Source: Candidatus Latescibacterota bacterium (GTDB taxonomy: Bacteria; Latescibacterota; UBA2968; GCA-2709665). From it: DNA of 64,000 nucleotides. A program made the translations under genes and the position numbers. Of this stretch, positions 9,137-18,099 are shown in pieces (the first letter of the stretch is position 1; each line of letters opens with the position of its first letter). The stretch is taken from positions 1,677,257 to 1,741,256 of the forward strand of contig CBDDDZ010000005.1 in assembly GCA_965226795.1 (NCBI GenBank). The letters run 5' to 3'. The notes beneath the pieces are model-generated. The model made no database searches. It was not told the DNA's origin and saw nothing but the letters and a program-made list of their open reading frames with translations.

Positions 9137-9763
9137 TTACTCCATTGTTTTCGCCGCGTTAATGGGGAATTCCTTTTCGAACCTCTGCCTGTATTTCTTA
9201 TCCCACCCGTCGAGAGATTCGCGAAGTGCCGAAACCATCTGTGGTTCCACCAGAAGCAGATCTTTCATTTTCGTGGGAAACTGCCGACCGCCGGGATAAA
9301 AACTCCCGTCAGTAACCAATTCCTGAAGAAAGGGGTAACCTGCGACCAACTCACCGGGCGAAGGATCCAGCGGTGTGACGCGGGTGTGTACCTTTAGCCC
9401 CATATAGGTCAGGTGGCTGAACCCCATCCGGAACCGGACATGGGCACCCACCTTGTTCATTCGCACCGTGTGGCCCGCATACAATTCGTTCAAGCGCGCT
9501 GCCAGCAGCTGCCAGCCTTGCTGGAATTCGTTCATCGGCATAGCCTTTTCACCGGAGAACGCCGCTTCACGGTCTTTGGCAAGTCTCTTGGCCATGGAAA
9601 GGGATTTGTCATCCAGCTTTTTGGTTTCGGCATCTACGGAAGGTGCCTGGCACACCGACAGACAGATGAAGAAACCGACCGAAGTGGTGAGAACAAAACG
9701 CACTATCGTCTCCCCCCTTTTTAAGTAAACGAACGCGCGATATCCCTTTCCTGGAAAGGGCAT
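9137..9763 (-). CDS. Hypothetical secreted protein
   Basis: Complete ORF from the ATG at 9763. It has a positively charged n-region then the hydrophobic segment VRFVLTTSVGFFICLSVCQAPSVDA (signal peptide-like). No recognisable family motifs. Confidence 0.45.
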   Translation of the reverse strand: MPFPGKGYRAFVYLKRGETIVRFVLTTSVGFFICLSVCQAPSVDAETKKLDDKSLSMAKRLAKDREAAFSGEKAMPMNEFQQGWQLLAARLNELYAGHTVRMNKVGAHVRFRMGFSHLTYMGLKVHTRVTPLDPSPGELVAGYPFLQELVTDGSFYPGGRQFPTKMKDLLLVEPQMVSALRESLDGWDKKYRQRFEKEFPINAAKTME

Positions 9764-9871
9764 ACCAATTCATTCGGCAACAAGTAATGTGCTACGATTT
9801 CGGATATTGAATAGACAGACGAGATTAAAAAATTCTGTACGATTACGCAAGCTTTTTCTCGCACACCCTCA

Positions 9872-9910
9872 GAAAAACCCGCGCCCCCTACGCTTCGGGG
9901 TCCGCGGGCG
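9872..9910 (-). terminator. Rho-independent terminator ending feo system B operon
   Basis: On the minus strand a GC-rich imperfect hairpin (CCCGCGGACCCC...GGGGGCGCGGG) is followed by GTTTTTCT. It lies just downstream of the small Cys-rich gene. Confidence 0.45.
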
Positions 9911-9933
9911 GTGGCATCGGACTTGAACTTTGT

Positions 9934-10107
9934 TCAGGCCGGAGGCGGCGTTTCTATGTCGAGGAGAGATTTATTGGACGCGCCACGGCGGCCCCCACAG
10001 GAGGCGCAACCGCCTGATCCCGCCAGGAAGGGACTGACAAACATCCAGACAGCCCAGATACCACAGGCGAAAGCGACAACGGCTGCCACCACCGACTGCC
10101 AGTCCAT
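9934..10107 (-). CDS. FeoB-associated Cys-rich small membrane protein
   Basis: ATG at 10107, 1 nt after the feoB TAG stop (10111..10109). The 57-aa product MDWQSVVAAVVAFACGIWAVWMFVSPFLAGSGGCASCGGRRG has one TM helix followed by a GGCxSCGG motif. Confidence 0.6.
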   Translation of the reverse strand: MDWQSVVAAVVAFACGIWAVWMFVSPFLAGSGGCASCGGRRGASNKSLLDIETPPPA

Positions 10108-10108
10108 T

Positions 10109-12343
10109 CTAACCGCCCCATCCCAGAGCCATGGTGCCCTGATAAGTAGCAAGTGCACCGACATAGGCCAATATAGTCATATAGCCAAACGTCAGAATCG
10201 CCCATCTCCAGGACTGCGTCTCCCGGCGGATGACGGCCAACGTCGATACGCACTGAGCACACAGCGCGAAAAAGACCATCACGGAGAGCGCCACGGGGAT
10301 ATTGAACACGGGGCTTCCATCCTCCCGGGTTGCATTTCGGAGCGCGCTTCGGAGGTCTTCCGAGGATTCGTCCGCATCGCCTCCAATGCTGTAAATTGTA
10401 CCAAGCGTGGCGACAATTACCTCACGTGCGGGAAATGATGCGAGCGCGGCCATCCCGATGCGCCAATCCCAGCCCAGGGGCCTGACCGCAGGTTCTATCC
10501 AATGCCCGGCCCGGCCCAGATAACTTTCGTTCAGGAGTTCTGTGGCCATGCGCGCGTCCAGACCTGCAAACGCCGCCTGCAAGTCTTCGCCCGAGAGCGC
10601 CGCCGCAGCCGTCTGCCGACGGCGTTCGTATTCCGCAACCGTATCTGCCGACCTGGGAAAATAGGCCAGCGCCCACATCACTATGGTTGCAGCAAGAATG
10701 ATACTTCCTGCGCGCACAAGGAAAGCCCGGGAACTTTGATAGACCGTCAGGCCGACCGTCCGTTTGTCCGGGACCTTGTACGAAGGGAATTCCAGAATGA
10801 AAGCCGGTGTTTCCCCTCTCAACAGAGTCTTCTTTAATAACCACGCCACGGGAACGGCCACCGCCGCGCCCACGCAATACATCGCAAAAAGCGTCAGCCC
10901 CTGCAGACCAACCCATTCGCCCAGAATCGGTTTCGCGGGGATTAAAGCACCAATCAGGATGGTGTAAACCGGTAAGCGTGCAGAACAACTCATCAGCGGC
11001 GCCACCAGGATGGTTACCAGCCGATTCCGGCGATCTTGGATAGTTCGAGTTGCCATAATTCCCGGTACGGCGCACGCAAAGCTGGACAACATCGGGATAA
11101 AGGACTGGCCGGACAGACCGCACTTTGTCAGAAGCCTGTCCATCAACAGGGCCGCCCGGGCCATATAACCACAATCTTCCAGAATGGCGATAAAGAAAAA
11201 GAGGACTGCGATCTGAGGAAGAAAAATTACGACACTCCCGACGCCCGCAATGACGCCGTCTTGAACCAGGCTCTTCAGCGCCCCGTCTGGAAACCACGTA
11301 CCCACCCACCCGGACAACGCGGAAAAAAGACCGTCGACCAGGTCCATCAGTGGACCGGCCCACGCATAGATGGCCTGGAATACCGCGCCCATTATAGCGA
11401 CGAAGAAGAGCGTGCCCCATATCCTGTGCGTCAGCACCCGGTCAATGCGGTCCGAAGGCGTCTTCTGGAGGCGCTCTGGCTGCGATACGCTTTCCGCGAG
11501 CACCTGCTTGATCCAGTTGTAGCGAACCTCCGATTCCAGAGCGGATAACCCTGAAACCGCCGAAAACCGGCCCCGGGCCTCCACGAGTTTTACACGTAAA
11601 TTCTCCCCGTGTGCCTCAATCAATCGGCGCTCCGCGTAACCGCCTTCGTCGACGATCGCCCGGAATGCCTCCGCGCGACACGCGGAGGAACTCTGACCAT
11701 TGTACGACCGTAACAACGCCGCGATTACATCGACGGCCGCAGGAAATCCCTTTGGAAATTCAGGCAGAAGCGAAGCAGCCTTACGCCTCTCGCTGCGCAG
11801 CACCCCTCCCAATTCCCGGCGCAGGTCTCCCAACCCTCGTTTTCGATTCGCGCGAACCCTAACAACCGGTGCCCCCAGGCACCGGGAGAGCACGTCGACG
11901 TTTATTTGAATGCCACGGGTGTCCGCCACATCCGTCATATTCAGCGCGATTACCGTCGGAAGGCCAAATTCGAGCACCTGTGAGACCAGGTAAAGATTCC
12001 GGTAGAGATTGGAGGCGTCTACGATCGCCAGGACCGCGTCTACCTTACGTACGCCAAGCAGCCGTCCCAGCATTACGTCGGCGACGATCATCTCATCGGG
12101 AGCATTTGCGGCCAAGCTGTAGGTCCCCGGAAGATCGATGAGGTCCACCGATATTCCGTCGGACAGACTCAGCCGCCCAACCTTTCGCTCAACCGTGACA
12201 CCGGGATAATTTCCGACATGTTGAAAAAGACCGGTAAGACCATTGAATAGCGTGGTCTTACCGGTATTGGGATTGCCCAGGAGGGCGATGGTATTCGGTT
12301 GTTTTACTCCGGTGTACGGTTCCCGGGACAACTCCGTGGCCAT
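10109..12343 (-). CDS. feoB: Ferrous iron transporter FeoB, full length (GTPase + GDI + permease)
   Basis: 744 aa. Carries LLGNPNTGKTTLFNGLTG, G-motifs and multiple TM segments. Its ATG lies 3 nt after the feoA stop. Confidence 0.9.
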   Translation of the reverse strand: MATELSREPYTGVKQPNTIALLGNPNTGKTTLFNGLTGLFQHVGNYPGVTVERKVGRLSLSDGISVDLIDLPGTYSLAANAPDEMIVADVMLGRLLGVRKVDAVLAIVDASNLYRNLYLVSQVLEFGLPTVIALNMTDVADTRGIQINVDVLSRCLGAPVVRVRANRKRGLGDLRRELGGVLRSERRKAASLLPEFPKGFPAAVDVIAALLRSYNGQSSSACRAEAFRAIVDEGGYAERRLIEAHGENLRVKLVEARGRFSAVSGLSALESEVRYNWIKQVLAESVSQPERLQKTPSDRIDRVLTHRIWGTLFFVAIMGAVFQAIYAWAGPLMDLVDGLFSALSGWVGTWFPDGALKSLVQDGVIAGVGSVVIFLPQIAVLFFFIAILEDCGYMARAALLMDRLLTKCGLSGQSFIPMLSSFACAVPGIMATRTIQDRRNRLVTILVAPLMSCSARLPVYTILIGALIPAKPILGEWVGLQGLTLFAMYCVGAAVAVPVAWLLKKTLLRGETPAFILEFPSYKVPDKRTVGLTVYQSSRAFLVRAGSIILAATIVMWALAYFPRSADTVAEYERRRQTAAAALSGEDLQAAFAGLDARMATELLNESYLGRAGHWIEPAVRPLGWDWRIGMAALASFPAREVIVATLGTIYSIGGDADESSEDLRSALRNATREDGSPVFNIPVALSVMVFFALCAQCVSTLAVIRRETQSWRWAILTFGYMTILAYVGALATYQGTMALGWGG

Positions 12344-12346
12344 GCC

Positions 12347-12658
12347 TCAAACCTCAATAGAGATCGGACTGAGCCTCACGGCAGCCGCATCCCGCATCCG
12401 CAAACAGAACCGGGCGTCTTCCACCTGCACGACCAACCTAGCGCCGCCACGAAGCATCCGAACCCTTACTCCCGGACAAACACCCAGTTCCCGCAACCGC
12501 GAGGCCAGAGGCGAATTCCCCTCAACCGATTCGACCGTGCCTTCGTCGCCTTCATTCAGGCCGGCAAGGGAGCCCCGATATAAACTCTGCAACCGGGTTT
12601 TACGGCCGGGCCGCCACCAGATATGGCGACCTGCCAGGTGCACCAGACGCGCCACCAT
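12347..12658 (-). CDS. feoA: FeoA
   Basis: The FeoA/SH3 core is LSLAGLNEGDEGTVESVEG...LRELGVCPGVRVRMLRGG...AAAVRL. It lies directly upstream of feoB. Confidence 0.8.
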   Translation of the reverse strand: MVARLVHLAGRHIWWRPGRKTRLQSLYRGSLAGLNEGDEGTVESVEGNSPLASRLRELGVCPGVRVRMLRGGARLVVQVEDARFCLRMRDAAAVRLSPISIEV

Positions 12659-12688
12659 TGCATTGTCCCTTTTCGTCGAAGTTTTGGA

Positions 12689-13219
12689 TCAGCTCTCCGG
12701 TCCGGCCCGCAGGAGACACTCGTCTTCGCAGATCGGACAATCGGCCAGGTCGTGACAAAAATCGCTGGTTTGCCAGAACGCGTTCAGAAACTCACGGGCC
12801 TCCGGCGTATCCGCGAGCAGAAATCTGACAAAATTCAGCAATTTCTCGCTTGTTTCCTGGCTCAGCAGGTGTTCCACCTTGCACGCGTCGATTTCCGACT
12901 GATGGCCTTCTACGTGCAGCACGTCCTTCAGAAACTTGCGAACGATGGCGCGTTTGGCAAGTACCAGATCGACCAATCGCTCCCCTCTGTCTGAAAGTCG
13001 CACGAATTTGTTATGATCTTCCAGAACGAACTGCTTCTGTCGGAGCGCCTTTAATGTCAAGGACGCGCTGCCCCGCGTAATGTCCAGAAATCGTGCAACA
13101 TCCGAGACACGCGCGTATCCATGCTGGTCCTTAAGCTCTCTGATTGCGGCAAGGTGATGAGCGACGCTATGCGTGATCTCATTCTCCTCGAACGCTTTCC
13201 ATACATCGGAAGATGCCAC
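12689..13219 (-). CDS. DtxR/MntR-family regulator with C-terminal Cys4 tail (C-x5-C-x2-C-x3-C)
   Basis: GTG start at 13219 with an AGGGAGG SD. The HTH segment is GYARVSDVARFLDITRGSASLTLKALRQK, followed by the metal/dimerisation region HQSEIDACKVEHLLSQE. The C-terminal FCHDLADCPICEDEC tail is present. It is the first gene of the feoA-feoB operon. Confidence 0.7.
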   Translation of the reverse strand: MASSDVWKAFEENEITHSVAHHLAAIRELKDQHGYARVSDVARFLDITRGSASLTLKALRQKQFVLEDHNKFVRLSDRGERLVDLVLAKRAIVRKFLKDVLHVEGHQSEIDACKVEHLLSQETSEKLLNFVRFLLADTPEAREFLNAFWQTSDFCHDLADCPICEDECLLRAGPES

Positions 13220-13440
13220 CTGGCCTCCCTTACGCCGTCAGGCGCCTGAACCAGTCAAATGTTTTACAAACAAAACAACCGTTAGAAACTTAAACAATAT
13301 ACGGGCATCATGTCAAGCGAAATTTGCCGAAAACCGCGGGGCCGTGGGGACGCGCTTGACTTTTCCGCCCCATTTTCGTATACCTCACGGACCTGTCCCG
13401 CCACCACACCGCCCGGAAACGCTCCTCAAGGAGCCCGTCA

Positions 13441-16143
13441 ATGTCGGAAATTCTCGAATTCGAGGACGTTGCCAGACTGCCACAACCAGATGACAACGTC
13501 GCCATCGCCACACGGGATCTGGACGCGGGCGCCAGTATCCGCACCAGAGGTTCGGTACTTCGCCTGGATGCCGCCATGCTCGAGGGCCATCGCTTCGCCG
13601 TGGTCCACATCCCCGAGGGTGAGTTCCTTCTTTCCTGGAACCTCCCTTTCGGCGTCGCACGGAGGGACATTGCGCCGGGCGCCTATGTCTGTAACGCCGG
13701 CATGCTGGAAGCGCTCCGCCTCCGTAACCTGGAATTCCAACTGCCGGCCGAACCTAATTTTGAAGACCGTATCGAACCGTACCGTCTGAAGGAGGATTCA
13801 TTCGATCCTGGCGAGCAGGTTGCTCCGGCTGCCGTTATCCGCACGTTTGAGGGGTACGTCCGAGGCGCCTCGCGGGGAGTAGGCACCCGAAACTATGTTC
13901 TGATTATGGGCACGACCTCACGCACGGGAAGTTTCGTAAAACGGCTGGAGGAACGATTAGGCGGGCTTGCCGATGCCTATCCCAATGTCGACGGGATTGT
14001 AGCCGTTACGCACACCGAAGGAGGCGGGCGGACGACCCCGAACAACCTGGACCTTCTGTTGAGAACGCTTGCCGGCTTTATGGTGCATCCAAACGTGGGC
14101 GCCGCCCTTGCCGTCGACTATGGTACGGAGCCGCTCACCAATGCCATGCTCAGCGCCTACATGGCGAAAAACCAGGTTGCCCTGTCGGACGTCCCGCACC
14201 GCCTTTTCACCCTCCAGGGGGGCTTTGAAGAGAATCTCGATCGGGCCCAGGACATCGTCACCGGATGGATGCGGAATGTGAACCGGACAGCCAGAAGGCC
14301 GACTTCCATCTCAAGCCTGAAGATTGCGCTTCAATGCGGCGGATCGGATGCCTTCTCGGGCGTATCTGGAAACCCGCTGGCTTCGTGGGTCGCCCGTGAG
14401 ATCATCCGGCACGGAGGCGCGGCAAACCTGGCGGAAACGGACGAACTGATCGGAGCGGAACCCTACGTACTGCGGAACGTCAAGGACCTGAACACTGCCC
14501 GTCGTTTTCTGGACCGCGTGGAAGCCTACAAGAACCTCGCTGCGTGCCATGGCACGACTGCAGAAGGCAACCCCTCCGGGGGCAACAAGTTCCGAGGCAT
14601 CTACAACATCGTACTCAAATCCATCGGCGCCGCCATGAAGCGCCATCCGGAGATTCGCCTTGACGGCGTTCTGGACTACTCCGAACCCATGCGCGACCCC
14701 GGATTTCACTTCATGGATAGTCCGGGAAACGACCTTGAAAGCATTGCCGGACAGGTTGCTTCCGGGTGCAACCTTATCTTTTTTGTGACCGGAAACGGAT
14801 CCATCACGAATTTTCCGTTCGTCCCCACGCTGAAGATCATTACAACCACCAACCGCTATGAACTCCTCGCCAACGAAATGGACGTCAACGCGGGCGCCTA
14901 CCTTGACGGCACGCCAATTGACACGTTGGGGATGCAAATGACGGATCTCACACTCGAAGTGGCCTCGGGAAAACGGAGCAAAGGCGAACGTGCGGGCCAC
15001 AACCAGGTATCCATATGGCGAAACTGGCGTCAGACCGACACTGCCAACCTTGAACATCTCCGGTCGCTCCCGCAGCCACCGGGAAAACCGATATCCATCG
15101 GGCTGGAACACGTTGCATTGGCAGGCACATTCCGTGGCATCGTCACCGAAGCCGGGATCGCGACGGATCAGGTGGGATTGATCCTGCCGACCAGCCTTTG
15201 CGCCGGACAGGTCGCGAAAATGGCCGCAGACCGGCTTGAGCAAAAGAAGATTGGAAAGAACCGTGGCATCTCCCGGTACGTCGCACTGGTTCATACGGAG
15301 GGCTGCGGCGTCGCGGGCGATGCGACCGAAAGGATGTATTCACGAACCATGCTCGGCTATCTCACCCATCCCATGGTAAAACACGCGCTGCTGCTCGAAC
15401 ACGGCTGCGAAAAGACCCACAACGACTATCTCAGACACGAACTTGAACGCGATGGCATCGACCCCGCTCGCTTTGGCTGGTCGAGTATCCAACTCGACGG
15501 CGGACTGGAACGCGCGCTGAGCAACGTGGAATCCTGGTTCGCCGGACAAGTTGAAAAAGATCGCCCGTCCGTTTATGTACAATCCAACATTACGGCACTC
15601 TCTATCGGCATCCTGACAGAAGGCGAGGTTAACGAAACAGCCTCGGAATCGTTGGCAATCCTCGTACGACGGCTGGTGCGGGCAGGCGCAAAGGTTGTGA
15701 CGCCAGACAACTCGGCGCTACTCGACTCGGTTCCGTTTTCGGAGACGGTTCTGCAGAACGCATCCCCAGGCCCGTCGCTGGGGTACGGACAGATCGCCGA
15801 GCGTCCGGGGTTCTACATCATGGAAACGCAGACGGACCACTGGGTTGAAACCCTTACCGGCCTAGGCGGAACGGGTGCGGAAATCCTGATCGCCCACGTG
15901 GCCGAACACCCCATGCAGGGACATCCGATGTTGCCTTTGCTTCAGGCCAGCGTCGAGCCGGCGATGCACGCGGTTTACGCGAGTGACCTGGACCTTCTGT
16001 TAACCCACACACCGGGGAAGAACGCCGATCGGATCGTCGACCTTCTGTTTGACACAGCCTCGCGAAACTATACCGCCGTTGCAATGAGGCAGAAAAATAC
16101 GGATTTTCAATTTACCCGAGGACTGCTCGGCGTCTCGATGTGA
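13441..16143 (+). CDS. UxaA-family (altronate/galactarate dehydratase-like) hydro-lyase, unusually long (900 aa) with SAF domain and extra C-terminal UxaA-like segment
   Basis: N-terminal SAF-like region. UxaA motifs GTRNYVLIMGTTS, VTHTEGGG, GGSDAFSG and MDSPGND are present. A second HTEGCG-containing segment of about 340 aa follows. An AAGGAG SD is present. Confidence 0.75.
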   Translation: MSEILEFEDVARLPQPDDNVAIATRDLDAGASIRTRGSVLRLDAAMLEGHRFAVVHIPEGEFLLSWNLPFGVARRDIAPGAYVCNAGMLEALRLRNLEFQLPAEPNFEDRIEPYRLKEDSFDPGEQVAPAAVIRTFEGYVRGASRGVGTRNYVLIMGTTSRTGSFVKRLEERLGGLADAYPNVDGIVAVTHTEGGGRTTPNNLDLLLRTLAGFMVHPNVGAALAVDYGTEPLTNAMLSAYMAKNQVALSDVPHRLFTLQGGFEENLDRAQDIVTGWMRNVNRTARRPTSISSLKIALQCGGSDAFSGVSGNPLASWVAREIIRHGGAANLAETDELIGAEPYVLRNVKDLNTARRFLDRVEAYKNLAACHGTTAEGNPSGGNKFRGIYNIVLKSIGAAMKRHPEIRLDGVLDYSEPMRDPGFHFMDSPGNDLESIAGQVASGCNLIFFVTGNGSITNFPFVPTLKIITTTNRYELLANEMDVNAGAYLDGTPIDTLGMQMTDLTLEVASGKRSKGERAGHNQVSIWRNWRQTDTANLEHLRSLPQPPGKPISIGLEHVALAGTFRGIVTEAGIATDQVGLILPTSLCAGQVAKMAADRLEQKKIGKNRGISRYVALVHTEGCGVAGDATERMYSRTMLGYLTHPMVKHALLLEHGCEKTHNDYLRHELERDGIDPARFGWSSIQLDGGLERALSNVESWFAGQVEKDRPSVYVQSNITALSIGILTEGEVNETASESLAILVRRLVRAGAKVVTPDNSALLDSVPFSETVLQNASPGPSLGYGQIAERPGFYIMETQTDHWVETLTGLGGTGAEILIAHVAEHPMQGHPMLPLLQASVEPAMHAVYASDLDLLLTHTPGKNADRIVDLLFDTASRNYTAVAMRQKNTDFQFTRGLLGVSM

Positions 16144-16153
16144 CCACAGAAAA

Positions 16154-16194
16154 GAGAAACGGGCGGTGTGTTCTGCAAGGGTCGCCCGTTTCTC
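16154..16194. terminator. Rho-independent terminator (12-bp perfect stem) between convergent genes
   Basis: A GAGAAACGGGCG / CGCCCGTTTCTC stem with a 17-nt loop, followed by a T-rich tract. Confidence 0.5.
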
Positions 16195-16222
16195 GCGTCT
16201 TCATCTTTGTCTTTACGTCGGC

Positions 16223-16513
16223 CTATTCTCTTTTGTCAATCCAGTCCTGGAGCGCCGCCGCGATCTTTCTACCCTGATCCAGACTCGAAATATTGAATTT
16301 GCTGCGCGGTACGTACACGCCGTCTCTCTTCTGATACCGGCGAATCGTAACTTTCGCTGGCCCGTATTCACCGGATTGCCGAATCAGATCCTGATACAGG
16401 AACATCACCGTCGCCCACGCCCCTCGCGAAAGCACTTGTTTATTAAGCTCTCTGCACAACAGAACACCGCCTTCTTCATAGTTGACGCTCAATTCGTCCA
16501 CCGATTCCGACAT
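16223..16513 (-). CDS. Hypothetical 96-aa protein
   Basis: A strong SD (AAAGGAGG, 7-nt spacer) lies upstream of the ATG at 16513. No family recognised. Confidence 0.5.
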   Translation of the reverse strand: MSESVDELSVNYEEGGVLLCRELNKQVLSRGAWATVMFLYQDLIRQSGEYGPAKVTIRRYQKRDGVYVPRSKFNISSLDQGRKIAAALQDWIDKRE

Positions 16514-16650
16514 CGACTAGCCTCCTTTCGGGCTGTAACCGTTCAGCGATCGGCGTCGGGCCTCTTCCACCCCATCCCCGCCGGTTGCGGGGTTGTGCGG
16601 TCTGTCCGTGAATCGCTGACAGCCTTTTTCCAGGTATAGGACACAGGCTC

Positions 16651-17514
16651 ATGAGACTCGGCATTGTCGGCATGCTGCCCGGCGACCTCCGGAACTTTAC
16701 TCAGAATCACTTAGAGACGATTCGGGAACAGGGCTTCAACGGTGCCGGATTTCACCTGCCGGGTGAACTGGTAGACACAATCTCCGCCGAAGACTCTGCA
16801 AGGTGCAGACAGTTGTTCGCAGACTACGATGTCGATCTCACACAATTCGCCATCACGTATAGCGACTGCCTCTTCGACCCGGACCCGGGTATCCGTTCCA
16901 AAGCCGTTCGCAAGGTGGTCGCGGGCGCCACGCTCGCCGCGCGCATCGGCGCCCGGTGCTACCTGATAAGGCCGGGGAGCCGCAACCCCGCCGGACCATG
17001 GACACCGCATCGTGACAACCACACGCCGGAAGCGCTAGCATTACTCATCCGCTCGTTGAAAGAGATTGCCAGCCGCACCGGGACGCTGGACGTTGTTACG
17101 GTCGTCGAAACCCACGTTATTTCAATACTCAATACCCCTGCGGTCTGCCGGCGGCTTGTAGAATCCGTGGGCAGCCCGAACGTAAGGCTGGTAATGGACT
17201 ACGTCAACCACTTCGAATCCATCGACCAAGTCTATTCGGACACCGAACGCCTGAAACACATTTTCGAGACCATCGGTCCGCTGGCGCCCGTCTGTCACGT
17301 TAAAGACATCTCCGTGGGCAACCGTCTGGTGGTTCATCTTGACGAAGCCGTTCCCGGCCATGGCGAACTGAATCTGGATCTCGCCCTGGGGCTGTTTCAT
17401 GCACATTATCCGGACGGCTATGCGCTTATCGAACACCTCAGCCCGGATCGGATTCCGCTCGCCGCCGCAAACGTCCGGAATATCTCGAAGCGTGCAGGCA
17501 TTCCAATTTACTGA
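16651..17514 (+). CDS. Sugar phosphate isomerase/epimerase (xylose isomerase-like TIM barrel)
   Basis: 287-aa TIM-barrel with conserved E/H/D metal ligands typical of the family (HVKDI, EH). Confidence 0.7.
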   Translation: MRLGIVGMLPGDLRNFTQNHLETIREQGFNGAGFHLPGELVDTISAEDSARCRQLFADYDVDLTQFAITYSDCLFDPDPGIRSKAVRKVVAGATLAARIGARCYLIRPGSRNPAGPWTPHRDNHTPEALALLIRSLKEIASRTGTLDVVTVVETHVISILNTPAVCRRLVESVGSPNVRLVMDYVNHFESIDQVYSDTERLKHIFETIGPLAPVCHVKDISVGNRLVVHLDEAVPGHGELNLDLALGLFHAHYPDGYALIEHLSPDRIPLAAANVRNISKRAGIPIY

Positions 17515-17598
17515 ATCACGACGTGGCCATGGGCGCGCGACGTCTTGGTTGGTTCCGTGCCCGAGCATCCTCACGACCGCGCCGGCGAACCACCGGCT

Positions 17599-17811
17599 TC
17601 AACCCTTCCGCCTGAACTTCAGCCGCCGGATGCAGGCGCCGACCGCAAGCCCAAGACTGGCGCCGATCGATACTCCCGCGCTCAACCACAGACCGAAATC
17701 CCCGCTGCCCACGCCCAAGACGGAACCCGCGCCAGCGCCCAAGCCCGATCCAATGGCCATCCATTTACCGATCTCACGATGTCCGTTTTCGCCATCCTGT
17801 TCCCGCGACAT
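17599..17811 (-). CDS. Glycine-zipper small membrane protein (70 aa)
   Basis: AAAGGA SD 6 nt upstream of the ATG at 17811. GxxxG-rich segments: IGSGLGAGAGSVLGVGSGDFGLWLSAGVSIGASLGLAVGA. Confidence 0.5.
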   Translation of the reverse strand: MSREQDGENGHREIGKWMAIGSGLGAGAGSVLGVGSGDFGLWLSAGVSIGASLGLAVGACIRRLKFRRKG

Positions 17812-18099
17812 GGCGAATCCTTTCGTATGCCTGCGTCACCTTTCGACGCGCCCAATATACAGGCCGGGGTCGATCGGAACAAGCTGAAACCTCCACCGGA
17901 AACGAATCGATAATTCCCTTGACAATGCCGTCTTGCAGGTTGTAGATATGGATCGGGAGTCTTCATATTGAACACGGCGGATTGTCGTCGCCAGGCAATC
18001 CACCAGGGTCTTCCCCGCCCGAAACGCACACTGCGCCGTTGGTCCGTCCGACGTCGCCAGATCGACCAGGCGGCGGACGCTTGCCTGAAAGGATACCCA

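Noticed and set aside
13220-13440. Possible DtxR/MntR operator in the promoter region of the Cys-tailed DtxR-feoAB operon (TGTTTTACAAACAAAAC segment)
   Set aside because: Only weak, imperfect dyad symmetry and no match to the DtxR (TTAGGTTAGCCTAACCTAA) or MntR consensus. It is not callable from sequence alone.
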